38,376 nt of DNA, from NCBI GenBank assembly GCA_038750375.1, contig JBCDHF010000001.1, forward strand, positions 1 through 38,376, in the 5' to 3' direction. The stretch is from Cyanobacteria bacterium P01_H01_bin.15 (GTDB taxonomy: Bacteria; Cyanobacteriota; Cyanobacteriia; Cyanobacteriales; JAAUTE01). The notes beneath the pieces are model-generated. The model was not told where the DNA came from. It saw only the letters and a program-made list of their open reading frames with translations, and searched no databases. A program made the position numbers and the translations under genes. Below, piece after piece: positions 12,755 to 21,502 of the stretch. Numbering within the stretch: the first letter of the stretch is position 1; each line of letters begins with the position of its first letter.

Positions 12755-12801
12755 GGCGCAAAATATTGCAACTCAATTTACAATTTGCAATATTTTGCGC
12801 C
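12755..12801. repeat. perfect 17-bp inverted repeat with a 13-nt spacer in the psaA / lipoprotein divergent intergenic region
   Basis: GGCGCAAAATATTGCAA(12755-12771) is the exact reverse complement of TTGCAATATTTTGCGCC(12785-12801). The spacer CTCAATTTACAAT contains the octamer TTTACAAT. The repeat itself is certain, but its function is unknown. Confidence 0.9.
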
Positions 12802-12976
12802 ATATCTTATTTGTCAGCAGGGGATGATATTTCCCCAGAGGGACTAGTCCATTCACCCATCCGGTCAGTGTTAGCAGCCAGGGATGAAATCCGCAGAAGT
12901 ACCCTTCAGCGAAATAATTCTATTAACGCAAAGGCGAAAGAAAGCGATAACAGGACAGGGTCATTCGCATTAGGTA

Positions 12977-14314
12977 ATGGGCATGAAAAATTGGCAGCAA
13001 GTGTTGGGTACGATATTTATCCTGTTGAGTTTGGGTAGTCCTCTCGCCGGGTGCAGCTCATTAGAGTCTGAAATAAATGCCGACAGTCCCATCCAATCAG
13101 TAAAAGAAATTCAAGCAGTCACTGCATTAAGAGAGGTCGCGCCGCCATCAAGCATTTTGACTTTGGGAAAACGACTCAACCGTTTTCAGCCTCAAGTAGA
13201 AATCGTCAGCCCCCAAAATGACGATGTTCTAACCCAAACAACGGTGAAAGTTCAGGTGAATGTTCAGGATTTCCCAGTTTTTCAAGATGACAACTTGGGT
13301 CTAGGTCCCCATCTCCATTTGATTCTTGATAATGAGCCTTATCGGTCTGTCTATTCAGTCGATGAGCCGATTCTATTAGAGGGTTTGACGCCTGGTACCC
13401 ACACCTTGAGAATTTTTGCGTCTCGTCCGTGGCATGAAAGTTTTAAAAATGCGGGAGCCTATGCTCAAACCACGTTTCATGTTCTAACACCGACTGATTC
13501 TAATAATCCCAACCCAGAACTGCCAATCTTGTCCTATAGCAGTCCGACGGGTACTTATGGTGCCGAGCCCATTATGCTCGATTTCTATTTGAACAATGCC
13601 CCGTTACATGAAGTGGCTCAAAGTTCTTCTGAGATCTCGGACTGGCGAATTGAGGTCACCGTGAATGGACAATCGTTTTTCTTAGATAGTTGGCAGACAA
13701 CCTACTTGGAAGGATTCAAGCCCGGGGAAAACTGGCTCAAATTAGGATTTATTGATGAAAAAGGCGGTGAGATCGCAAACGTTTTTAACAGTACGGCCCG
13801 AATCATAAATTTTGAGCCTGGCGGACAAGATCCGCTATCTCGTCTGATACGAGGTGAGCTTTCAGCGGACGAGGCCCAAGGAATGGTGGAGAAGCGTTCT
13901 GACACGGATGGAAAGACGCAGTCAACGGGTTCAACGAACAATTCCACAAATTCCACAAAGTCGGTGGCGGACGACTCAGATTCAGAAAATTCTATGCCGT
14001 CGGAGTTAATCTTCGAGGAAACTTCAACGCTCACACCCGATGCCCCCCAAGAATCTTCTGAAGAGGGTATAGAGCAAGCAGGACAATTTCCCTCAGCTGA
14101 AGTAATTGAGCCCCAGGAGGATGCGGCAACAGAAGAGATCAACCTCATTCCCACTTCTGAGCAGCCCATAGAAGGTGAAAAATTGAACATCGAATCAGCC
14201 GGCCTGAAGTTAGAAGAAATTACGCCTCAAGACAGCCAGGAAGGGGACCAAGAATCTGAACAGATTGAAGCACAAGCCTCCATCTATGTGGAGGATTCAG
14301 AAGACGGAAGTTAG
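12977..14314 (+). CDS. hypothetical lipoprotein with beta-rich central region and acidic low-complexity C-terminal tail
   Basis: The signal peptide carries a lipobox (ILLSLGSPLAGCSS). The central region has a GPHLHLILDNEPY motif. The last ~150 aa are rich in E, D, S and Q. I recognise no family with confidence. Confidence 0.65.
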   Translation: MGMKNWQQVLGTIFILLSLGSPLAGCSSLESEINADSPIQSVKEIQAVTALREVAPPSSILTLGKRLNRFQPQVEIVSPQNDDVLTQTTVKVQVNVQDFPVFQDDNLGLGPHLHLILDNEPYRSVYSVDEPILLEGLTPGTHTLRIFASRPWHESFKNAGAYAQTTFHVLTPTDSNNPNPELPILSYSSPTGTYGAEPIMLDFYLNNAPLHEVAQSSSEISDWRIEVTVNGQSFFLDSWQTTYLEGFKPGENWLKLGFIDEKGGEIANVFNSTARIINFEPGGQDPLSRLIRGELSADEAQGMVEKRSDTDGKTQSTGSTNNSTNSTKSVADDSDSENSMPSELIFEETSTLTPDAPQESSEEGIEQAGQFPSAEVIEPQEDAATEEINLIPTSEQPIEGEKLNIESAGLKLEEITPQDSQEGDQESEQIEAQASIYVEDSEDGS

Positions 14315-14321
14315 GTCAATT

Positions 14322-15011
14322 TTACGGTTCACCCACTGGCGTATCTTCCTCTAATGACTTATCGCGGCTAGCTTCATTGGGTTCAGATTCAATGGGAGTT
14401 TCCTCCAAAATACGTTCTTCGATTAAGGCCGGGTCTCTCACTTCAGGTATTGGTAACCAAAAAATTCCGGCTGCGGCAATTGCCATACCCACTGTTCCCA
14501 AGGCTAAGGGTTGGGCGCGCTGTGCCAACGGTTCTTCTGCTCGGCGAAAACGCCTTGAGAGCGGTTCGATGGAGAGCTGCCAATTCGGCAAGGTTTGGGA
14601 GTCTGCCAGTAGCTGATCAATCGTTTCTAGTAGATCAAAAAGTTGAACGGATGTAAGTTCCAGGGTAATTGGCTCAGAACTCACATCAACTGCTGGTCGC
14701 CAGCGCAATCGATGAATGGAGTCCAACGGAGAGGAGTCGAGGGCGATTCCTTCTTCGGTCAAATTCGCCAGCCCATGATGGGGATGAGTTATGCCGCTTA
14801 GTACCCCTTGGGAGTAAATGCTGACTGCGTTTACGAGGTTTTCTAAAAAAGTACGCCCACCACTCAAAAGAGTCTGAATCCCGAGAATTTGACATTCAGC
14901 ATGGAGAAGAGTTTCCAAAGAAGGTAATCCTCCTGCAGGAGTATCTCCGGCTAGACCCTCTAAGGTCAAGTTGCAATTAGGCGAAATATATTGACGCCGC
15001 AGAGTCGTCAT
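14322..15011 (-). CDS. conserved cyanobacterial hypothetical protein, DUF4335-like, C-terminal TM segment
   Basis: The N-terminus MTTLRRQYISPNCNLTLEGL resembles, from memory, the DUF4335 family signature (RQYSLPNC.L.LEGL). A TM segment (LGTVGMAIAAAGIFWLPIP) sits near the C-terminus. The start ATG overlaps the upstream gene's stop codon (ATGA at 15008-15011). Confidence 0.65.
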   Translation of the reverse strand: MTTLRRQYISPNCNLTLEGLAGDTPAGGLPSLETLLHAECQILGIQTLLSGGRTFLENLVNAVSIYSQGVLSGITHPHHGLANLTEEGIALDSSPLDSIHRLRWRPAVDVSSEPITLELTSVQLFDLLETIDQLLADSQTLPNWQLSIEPLSRRFRRAEEPLAQRAQPLALGTVGMAIAAAGIFWLPIPEVRDPALIEERILEETPIESEPNEASRDKSLEEDTPVGEP

Positions 15012-15631
15012 CGAACTTCTCCATCAAAAAGGCTAATCCACAATCGTTTGGTTCCAGCTGTTCCGGTACAGAACAAAAGCTGCTGGAGCAAGTTTAAGGC
15101 TAATTGGTTGAGTTTTTCTTCTGTTGAAATGTAGTCTGCAATTTTGGCTCGGCGTGAGTTCATGCGGCTTCGAAAATGGGCTCGAAACTGAGTCAAATAG
15201 GCGGACAAACGATAGTGATTATGCAAGGGTAAATCCTTCGCCGCTAACGTTTGTTGAGCTAGTAATAGTTGGCGAATTACTGCCGTTAAACGTTGGGCAA
15301 GTTGACTTGTCACCACGGTCAAAGCTTTCGCTTCTGAGCGCTTAAGCTGACGACGAGCATACGAGCGGCGCCAAGGATTGGTACAGCGAGAGCGCCACAG
15401 AAACACACGATTGCCGATAATTTGAGCTAACTGCTGCTCTCGTAACAGCCGCAACATCAATTCTGAGCCTCCCAATTGCAAGGCTTCTAGGGCCAGCAAC
15501 ATCAAATCTAATTTTTGAGCAATTTGAGGAGAGCAATAACCCCCCCCAAAGTCAGGCAATGTTTTTAGGGCAGACGGTTGAGATGTCTCGACTGGGGTCT
15601 GGTTGGGGACGACACCGGCAGATTGGCTCAT
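15008..15631 (-). CDS. conserved cyanobacterial hypothetical protein, DUF3038-like
   Basis: The segment LDLMLLALEALQLGGSELML...NRVFLWRSRCTNPWRR resembles, from memory, the cyanobacteria-restricted DUF3038 family. The gene is translationally coupled to the downstream DUF4335-like gene. Confidence 0.6.
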   Translation of the reverse strand: MSQSAGVVPNQTPVETSQPSALKTLPDFGGGYCSPQIAQKLDLMLLALEALQLGGSELMLRLLREQQLAQIIGNRVFLWRSRCTNPWRRSYARRQLKRSEAKALTVVTSQLAQRLTAVIRQLLLAQQTLAAKDLPLHNHYRLSAYLTQFRAHFRSRMNSRRAKIADYISTEEKLNQLALNLLQQLLFCTGTAGTKRLWISLFDGEVR

Positions 15632-15786
15632 GCTTTAGGGTCTAAACAGTTTATGTAATCAGGCAAGACTGTAGCCAATGAGGCAGCAGACTATGACTAA
15701 TAGTAGCTGACTTACTGGAACTGGCTTAACAGCAGTCTAATCTTCAAAAAACTCTGCGTAATGATGCTCAGACGCTGATTCTAATC

Positions 15787-15821
15787 GAAGCCTCTATCTG
15801 TGCTCAAATAGAGGCTTCTTT
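15787..15821 (+). terminator. terminator-like hairpin (11-bp perfect stem, 10-nt loop, short T-tract) with no upstream plus-strand gene
   Basis: GAAGCCTCTAT(15787-15797) pairs with ATAGAGGCTTC(15808-15818) and is followed by TTTCGCT. It lies 40 nt upstream of the ATG at 15861, within a divergent spacer. Confidence 0.35.
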
Positions 15822-15860
15822 CGCTAGGGTAAAGAGCGTCTAATTTCCTGGAAGTGCTCT

Positions 15861-16382
15861 ATGGCTCGATGGCAAAAAGTTGGAATTTTATTTGGTCTGA
15901 CCATCATTCTCTCGCTGTCCTGGCTGAAAATCACATGGGCAGAAGAAGAAACACCACCTTATGAGGCTAGAATTGATAGTTTTTTCGCGCTTCTGCAAGA
16001 CCAAGATAGTCAAGCGGCCGTAACGCTCATTTATGAAAATGCCGATGCAATCGCAGAACAAGCCGTAGAAACAGTTCGGGAGCGGCTAGAGACTTTATCG
16101 GAAGAATTGGGTCAAGTTCAGGCCTTTGAGCAGATTCAAGCGATTCCTTTGGGCAAGCGATTTATCCATCTAACTTACTTGAGCTATTTTGAAAGGCTCC
16201 AACCGCTGCGATTCGAGTTTCAATTTTATCGTCCCGATGACGAATGGAAACCGCTGTTTATGGGTTTTGACGATGCTTTCGATGAAGATATCAAAGCTTA
16301 TGCGCGGCGGCAATTGGTCGAAAAACCCGGCGAATCAATCCCGATTATTTCGCCTAACCCGGAGTCCGACGAAGATGATTAA
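15861..16382 (+). CDS. hypothetical secreted protein (173 aa)
   Basis: An N-terminal signal-like segment ([27 protein letters not shown]) is followed by an acidic mature region. I recognise no family. The 3' end overlaps the 3' end of aroQ by 29 nt. Confidence 0.55.
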   Translation: MARWQKVGILFGLTIILSLSWLKITWAEEETPPYEARIDSFFALLQDQDSQAAVTLIYENADAIAEQAVETVRERLETLSEELGQVQAFEQIQAIPLGKRFIHLTYLSYFERLQPLRFEFQFYRPDDEWKPLFMGFDDAFDEDIKAYARRQLVEKPGESIPIISPNPESDEDD

Positions 16383-16806
16383 GCAGGGCTCGCAAGCCCA
16401 ATAAGTAGCTATCAGGTCCAAAGCCGCTAATCTGCCCCACAGCCACTGGCGCAATAAATGAATGATGCCGGAAAGGCTCTCGCTGATAAACGTTACTGAG
16501 ATGAACTTCAACAGTGGGTATCGCCACGCCTGCGATCGCATCGCGGATGGCGACGCTAGTATGCGTAAAAGCACCCGGGTTGATCAGAATGCCCTCTTGA
16601 ACCGAAAAACCCTCGTGGATCGCATCCACGAGGACTCCTTCATGATTAGATTGCTTAATAGTTAAGTTGGCACCTAAACTTGCCGCTTCCTGCTCAAGAC
16701 AAAAATTTATAGCTTTCAGTGTTGAATTTCCGTAAACACTAGTTTCACGAATTCCAAGGAGGTTCAAATTTGGACCGTGCAACACAAGGATTTGAGCTAG
16801 AACCAC
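16354..16806 (-). CDS. aroQ: type II 3-dehydroquinate dehydratase
   Basis: Family signatures are present: [37 protein letters not shown] and [15 protein letters not shown]. The apparent start is a GTG at 16806. Confidence 0.9.
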   Translation of the reverse strand: MVLAQILVLHGPNLNLLGIRETSVYGNSTLKAINFCLEQEAASLGANLTIKQSNHEGVLVDAIHEGFSVQEGILINPGAFTHTSVAIRDAIAGVAIPTVEVHLSNVYQREPFRHHSFIAPVAVGQISGFGPDSYLLGLRALLNHLRRTPG

Positions 16807-16821
16807 AAGCTTATAGCCAGA

Positions 16822-16953
16822 CTATCTGTGACGACGGTCATTAACAGGAATGGGAATTAGCTCTGGTTCAGCTTCTGGGGCAGGTCCTAAAAGCACATCC
16901 AAAATTCGTTGTGCCCAGTCTCTAACTCGTTCAAGAATTTTGCCGAAATCCAT
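16822..16953 (-). CDS. possible small ORF (43 aa) immediately upstream of aroQ
   Basis: The ORF runs from the ATG at 16953 to the TAG at 16822 and encodes MDFGKILERVRDWAQRILDVLLGPAPEAEPELIPIPVNDRRHR. It is below the ORF-track size cutoff. It is on the same strand as aroQ and ends 15 nt before it. No family is recognised. Confidence 0.25.
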   Translation of the reverse strand: MDFGKILERVRDWAQRILDVLLGPAPEAEPELIPIPVNDRRHR

Positions 16954-17225
16954 TACACGCTCCAGCTACGTTGAAATAACTGCTCGATAAACAAAATACA
17001 GAAGCTCTCATCTTGAATTTGCACGCTGGCAAATACAGTCAGATGTTTTGATATGACCTAATCTAACGATCTAATTTAAATAGGGTATGCTTCCGTGTAG
17101 ATATATTAAGTTTAACACGACAATCAGATACGCTCCTTAACTATTCCTTAAGAAGATTTTAAGCAGGAACATTTCGAACGAGTGATTTTTTCGCGACCTC
17201 CAAATACTCTATCGTCGGATTAAGT

Positions 17226-18467
17226 TCACAGTAGGCTACGACGCAAAGCATCTAAGGCTATATGAGCGCTGCGGTGGCGAACCTGCGAACGGGGTCGATT
17301 TCCGAGTTGAATGGTCCACGATTTCAATAATTGCTGGGGACCAGCCAGTCCGAAGCAAACCGTTCCGACTGGTTTTTCCGGGCTTCCGCCACCAGGTCCT
17401 GCGACGCCAGTGATACTCAAGCTCCAATCAGTACCGAGCTGAGTGCGAACACCTTGGGCCATCTCGGCCGCAACAATCTCGCTGACAGCACCAGCTTGAG
17501 CTAGCGATTCTGGTTTGACTCCAAGCAACTTAATTTTGGTTTCATTGGCATAGGCAATGATGCCACCAGAGAAGTAAAAAGAGCTACCAGGTGTTCCTGT
17601 GAGTAAAGCACCCAACCCACCGCCGGTACAGGACTCAGCAACGCTGAGAGTCTGCGCTTGATCACGGAGTCGCTCCCCGACCACAGACGCTAAAGTGTCG
17701 TCATTCATCCCAAAGTAGTCGAGACCTGCAATTGTTTGAATTTCTTGGGCTACCGGCTCAATAATCCCGAGCGCAGCATCTTCTGATAAGGCTTTGGCTG
17801 AAATCCTCAGTCGCACCTCCCCTTGAGAAGCATAGGGTGCTACCGTGGGATTACTAAGATTAAGTAAATGCTGCACTTTTTCTGCCAGTGCTGACTCACC
17901 AGTGCCACGAAACCTTAAAGTTTGAGAATAAATAACCTCTTTCCCCCAGCCTTGGCTTTTGAGAAAAGGAATAGCTGTATTCCGCCACATTGTCTGCATT
18001 TCCGAGGGCACACCGGGGAAAGTCATAATCAAGCAATCTGGCTGAGGTTGCCAAATAATTCCAGGCGCTGTCCCGCGAGAATTTGGCAATATCTCTGCTC
18101 TGATAGGCAAAAGGGCCTGTTTACGATTACTGGGGGTCATGATCAACCCCCGACTGGCAAATTTCTGCTTGATATCTTTAAGCAGCTCTGGATGCTCTGT
18201 CAGCGGTGTTTGAAAGTAATCGGCGATCGTTTCAATCGTTAGGTCATCGGGAGTTGGACCCAGTCCGCCAGTAAAGAGAAGAATTGAGGCGCGATGCAGA
18301 GCAATTTCAATGACCTGCTTAAGCCGAGTTGGATTGTCTCCAACAACGGTTTGATAATAGTGAGGAATGCCCAGGTTGGCTAATTCTTGACCCAAATATT
18401 GAGCATTGGTATTGACAATATCCCCGAGCAAAATTTCAGTGCCAACGCAGATTATTTCTGCACTCAT
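17226..18467 (-). CDS. cinA: CinA family protein (MoCF-binding domain plus nicotinamide-nucleotide amidohydrolase PncC-like domain)
   Basis: The N-terminus reads MSAEIICVGTEILLGDIVNTNAQYLGQELANLGI...LLFTGGLGPTPDDLT. The C-terminal CinA domain reads LSVAESCTGGGLGALLT..PGSS..F.GG...Y and ..TGVAGPGGGSPEKPVGTV. Confidence 0.9.
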   Translation of the reverse strand: MSAEIICVGTEILLGDIVNTNAQYLGQELANLGIPHYYQTVVGDNPTRLKQVIEIALHRASILLFTGGLGPTPDDLTIETIADYFQTPLTEHPELLKDIKQKFASRGLIMTPSNRKQALLPIRAEILPNSRGTAPGIIWQPQPDCLIMTFPGVPSEMQTMWRNTAIPFLKSQGWGKEVIYSQTLRFRGTGESALAEKVQHLLNLSNPTVAPYASQGEVRLRISAKALSEDAALGIIEPVAQEIQTIAGLDYFGMNDDTLASVVGERLRDQAQTLSVAESCTGGGLGALLTGTPGSSFYFSGGIIAYANETKIKLLGVKPESLAQAGAVSEIVAAEMAQGVRTQLGTDWSLSITGVAGPGGGSPEKPVGTVCFGLAGPQQLLKSWTIQLGNRPRSQVRHRSAHIALDALRRSLL

Positions 18468-18825
18468 TAGCGCCCCCTAATAACAACAACTCTTCTCAGT
18501 ACTTCGTAGAACGATGATGTTCACAATCCTCTATCGTTCCCGGCATTATTGTGGCGTTTCCCCAAATGTTCGATCATGGTTCCCGCGCCGTTACAGCCAG
18601 CGACACTTTCTCATAAAGCTTGATATGACTTCGCTTAACTTAAGTACCCGAAACTAATAGAAGTCGCTAATATGCTTGTGAGCTAGACGACAAATTCCCG
18701 GTTGTGTCGATCTCAAGAACTCTGCTTCGCAGCCACTCAGATCGCGAAACTGCTAAGCAGAGTTCTTCAGGCTTTGACCCTGTTTGTTCGCAGCTGTAAT
18801 TTCATTAACTCAAGGAAAAAACAAT

Positions 18826-20310
18826 ATGGTTGCCAGCGTTGCGCCCTCAAACCTTGCCCAGCCAACCGCTATGAGTGACTTACCTGTAATTTGTGGTTGG
18901 GAATCGGAAATCGCCCAAATCACCAACCATAGTGACCCCGTTTTTCTGCCGCGAACCAATCTGAATTTGAGCCAGCTTCAAGCTGGTTTTGCCTGCGCGC
19001 TCCATATGCATCAGCCGACTATTCCTGCTGGGAAAAACGGTGCTTTAATCAATAACTTGGAGCACATGTTTGAGAACCAAGGAGACGGCGACAATCACAA
19101 TGCGTCAGTGTTTGCTTGGTGCTACAGCCGGATGGGTGATTGGATTCCTGAGTTGGTCAAAGCCGGCTGTAACCCTCGGATCATGCTTGACTATTCGGGC
19201 AATTTGCTTTGGGGGCTTCAACAAATGGGCCGCAACGATATTTTAAGTAATCTCAAACTGTTGGCGACAGACACCACCTATCAGCCCTACGTAGAATGGC
19301 TAGGCACGATGTGGAGTCACGCCGTCGCACCGTCTACACCCATTCCCGATCTCAAGCTACAGATTGTAGCCTGGCAACATCACTTTGCGTCAATGTTTGG
19401 ATATGAGGCATTGCAGCGGGTTAAAGGCTTTTCTCCCCCTGAAATGCATATGCCGAATCACCCAGACACGTTATTTCACTACATCAAGGCGCTTAAAGAA
19501 TGCGGCTATCGCTGGTTGATGGTTCAAGAGCATTCAGTCGAATTGCCTGATGGCTCGGGATTGCCACAGGAGCAAAAATATATCCCCAATCGCCTAGTGG
19601 CTCGTAACTCTCAAGGCGAAATCATTAGCATGACAATTCTGATCAAGACTCAAGGATCAGACACCAAGCTAGTGGCTCAAATGCAGCCGTATCATGAGGC
19701 CAAAGGTCGCGGTCGCCAAAATGTTGGCGATATTGATGTTCCCAGCTGCGTTACTCAAATTGCGGATGGGGAAAATGGTGGCGTCATGATGAATGAGTTT
19801 GCCCGTGATTATCAGCCTGTCTGGCATGAACTCAAGGATAGCCCTGGTGGGGTCGCCGGGATTAACGGCACTGAATATTTAGAACTCCTTGAAGTTGCCG
19901 GGGTTAAGCCAGAAGATTATCCAATTTGTCAAGCTGTTCAGCAGCACAAGATTTGGCTGCGAGTGGATCCTCAATCCACGACTCCAGAGAAAGTTGAACA
20001 AGCGATCTCAGAACTATCCGCTAGCGATCATCAATTCCACATGGATGGAGCATCTTGGACTAATGACTTGAGCTGGGTCAATGGGTATGAAAACGTCTTA
20101 GGCCCAATGAATCAACTGAGCGCTCGTTTTCATCAGAAGTATGATGCACAAGTCGCTGCAGATGCGTCAATTACCAAGCGGAGAGATTATCAAGAGGCTC
20201 TACTTTATAACTTGCTGGTCGAGACCAGCTGTTTCCGGTATTGGGGACAAGGCACCTGGACTGACTATGCGCGAGAACTCTGCCGTCGTGGTGAGGCGCT
20301 CACGACCTAG
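18826..20310 (+). CDS. glycoside hydrolase family 57-like protein
   Basis: The gene carries the GH57 region-1 motif LHMHQP and the DGEN motif (QIADGENGGVMMNEF). The ORF track starts at a TTG at 18784. The ATG at 18826 is preceded by AAGGAAAAAACAAT, giving MVASVAPSN. Confidence 0.7.
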   Translation: MVASVAPSNLAQPTAMSDLPVICGWESEIAQITNHSDPVFLPRTNLNLSQLQAGFACALHMHQPTIPAGKNGALINNLEHMFENQGDGDNHNASVFAWCYSRMGDWIPELVKAGCNPRIMLDYSGNLLWGLQQMGRNDILSNLKLLATDTTYQPYVEWLGTMWSHAVAPSTPIPDLKLQIVAWQHHFASMFGYEALQRVKGFSPPEMHMPNHPDTLFHYIKALKECGYRWLMVQEHSVELPDGSGLPQEQKYIPNRLVARNSQGEIISMTILIKTQGSDTKLVAQMQPYHEAKGRGRQNVGDIDVPSCVTQIADGENGGVMMNEFARDYQPVWHELKDSPGGVAGINGTEYLELLEVAGVKPEDYPICQAVQQHKIWLRVDPQSTTPEKVEQAISELSASDHQFHMDGASWTNDLSWVNGYENVLGPMNQLSARFHQKYDAQVAADASITKRRDYQEALLYNLLVETSCFRYWGQGTWTDYARELCRRGEALTT

Positions 20311-20371
20311 TCCGCTAATTTCAAAAGCCCTGGACTAGCCCTACCTACGTCATCAGTTCCGACCTTCGAGT

Positions 20372-21319
20372 TCAAGCGGGGACGTCAATCCATTCCCAGC
20401 GAGTTCCTCGAGGGTCGATGTTTGTAGGGGTGACCTCTGCCTGGACTCCCATCTCGGCCCATGTCTGTTTCATGGCGATCGCAATTCGTGGAGCTTGTTC
20501 CTCGGGACCTAAGGCAAGTAAGGTTGGACCCGCGCCACTAATTGTTACCCCCCACGCTCCCGCTGATTTGGCTGCCACTGAAACCGATTCATAGCCATGA
20601 ATGAGAGTCTGACGATAGGGCACATGCACACGGTCTTGCAAACCCCACGCAATACCTTGGGGATCTGCGGCGGCCAAAGCGTTAACTAGGACACCCATAC
20701 GACCAATATTGAAAACCCCATCGGCAAGGGAATAACTTGACGGTAGGACTTCACGTGCGGCTGCTGTCGAAAGCTCAAAATCAGGAACCGCAATTACTGG
20801 AACAATATTTTTGGACCAAGGGATATCCGTGAACAGCCACTCATTGTCTTTTTGGAGTGATAACCGACAGTTACCGAGAAGGGCCGGCACCACATTGTCG
20901 GGATGACCTTCAAATGCGATCGCATGACTCAGTAAAACCTTATTTGATACCTGAGAGCTAGAAAATTGATTGGCGGCCACCATTCCCCCAATAATGGCTG
21001 TCGCCGAGCTGCCCAGCCCTCGTGCCAAAGGGACACTGAGGTCGATGGTCAGATGAGCAGAAGGTCGGGGCTCTCGCATCGCATGCTCCCACAAATAGTT
21101 AAAAGCCCGATACACCAAATTTTCGCTGGCTGTCCCCGCAACCTTTCCTGCTTCAACCCCAGACACTGTAATCTGCCAATCCGGGGCTTCAATAAACGTA
21201 AAGACATTACTTCGTTGCAAGGCCGCTCCAATACAGTCAAATCCAGGCCCAATATTGGCTGTTGTTGCCGGAACTTGAACTCGAAGACTTCGAGCTCTTC
21301 CATCTCCCTGTTCACTCAC
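20372..21319 (-). CDS. thrB: homoserine kinase
   Basis: The GHMP kinase N-terminal pattern VQVPATTANIGPGFDCIGAAL and the ATP motif PLARGLGSSATAIIGG are both present. The apparent start is a GTG at 21319. Confidence 0.9.
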   Translation of the reverse strand: MSEQGDGRARSLRVQVPATTANIGPGFDCIGAALQRSNVFTFIEAPDWQITVSGVEAGKVAGTASENLVYRAFNYLWEHAMREPRPSAHLTIDLSVPLARGLGSSATAIIGGMVAANQFSSSQVSNKVLLSHAIAFEGHPDNVVPALLGNCRLSLQKDNEWLFTDIPWSKNIVPVIAVPDFELSTAAAREVLPSSYSLADGVFNIGRMGVLVNALAAADPQGIAWGLQDRVHVPYRQTLIHGYESVSVAAKSAGAWGVTISGAGPTLLALGPEEQAPRIAIAMKQTWAEMGVQAEVTPTNIDPRGTRWEWIDVPA

Positions 21320-21502
21320 GTCGCTTTCTTGTTTTCCTATCCGGTACGGTTAACCGATAATATCCGCTTGTGATCGTCAAAGAAAGGCAGGCTAAACCGT
21401 TCTCTACCTTGCGTTAAGATTAATAGCAATTTAAATACCCACCGTTTTTAGTCGAACAAGCTAACCCCAGTGTTAATTTGACTGAAATTTGAGACTAGGA
21501 GT

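Noticed and set aside
12635-13038. Two overlapping plus-strand ORFs (70 and 112 aa) in the psaA upstream spacer.
   Set aside because: They run through the 17-bp inverted repeat and into the lipoprotein gene in another frame. They have no homology signal or ribosome-binding site. The region is better explained as promoter and leader DNA.
13702-14190. 162-aa minus-strand ORF antisense to the acidic tail of the lipoprotein gene.
   Set aside because: It is an antisense reading of a GA-rich low-complexity region, which naturally lacks stop codons. There is no independent support.
16354-16382. 29-nt 3'-3' overlap between the 173-aa gene and aroQ.
   Set aside because: Short convergent overlaps are common in compact bacterial genomes. 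Nothing else marks this as functional.
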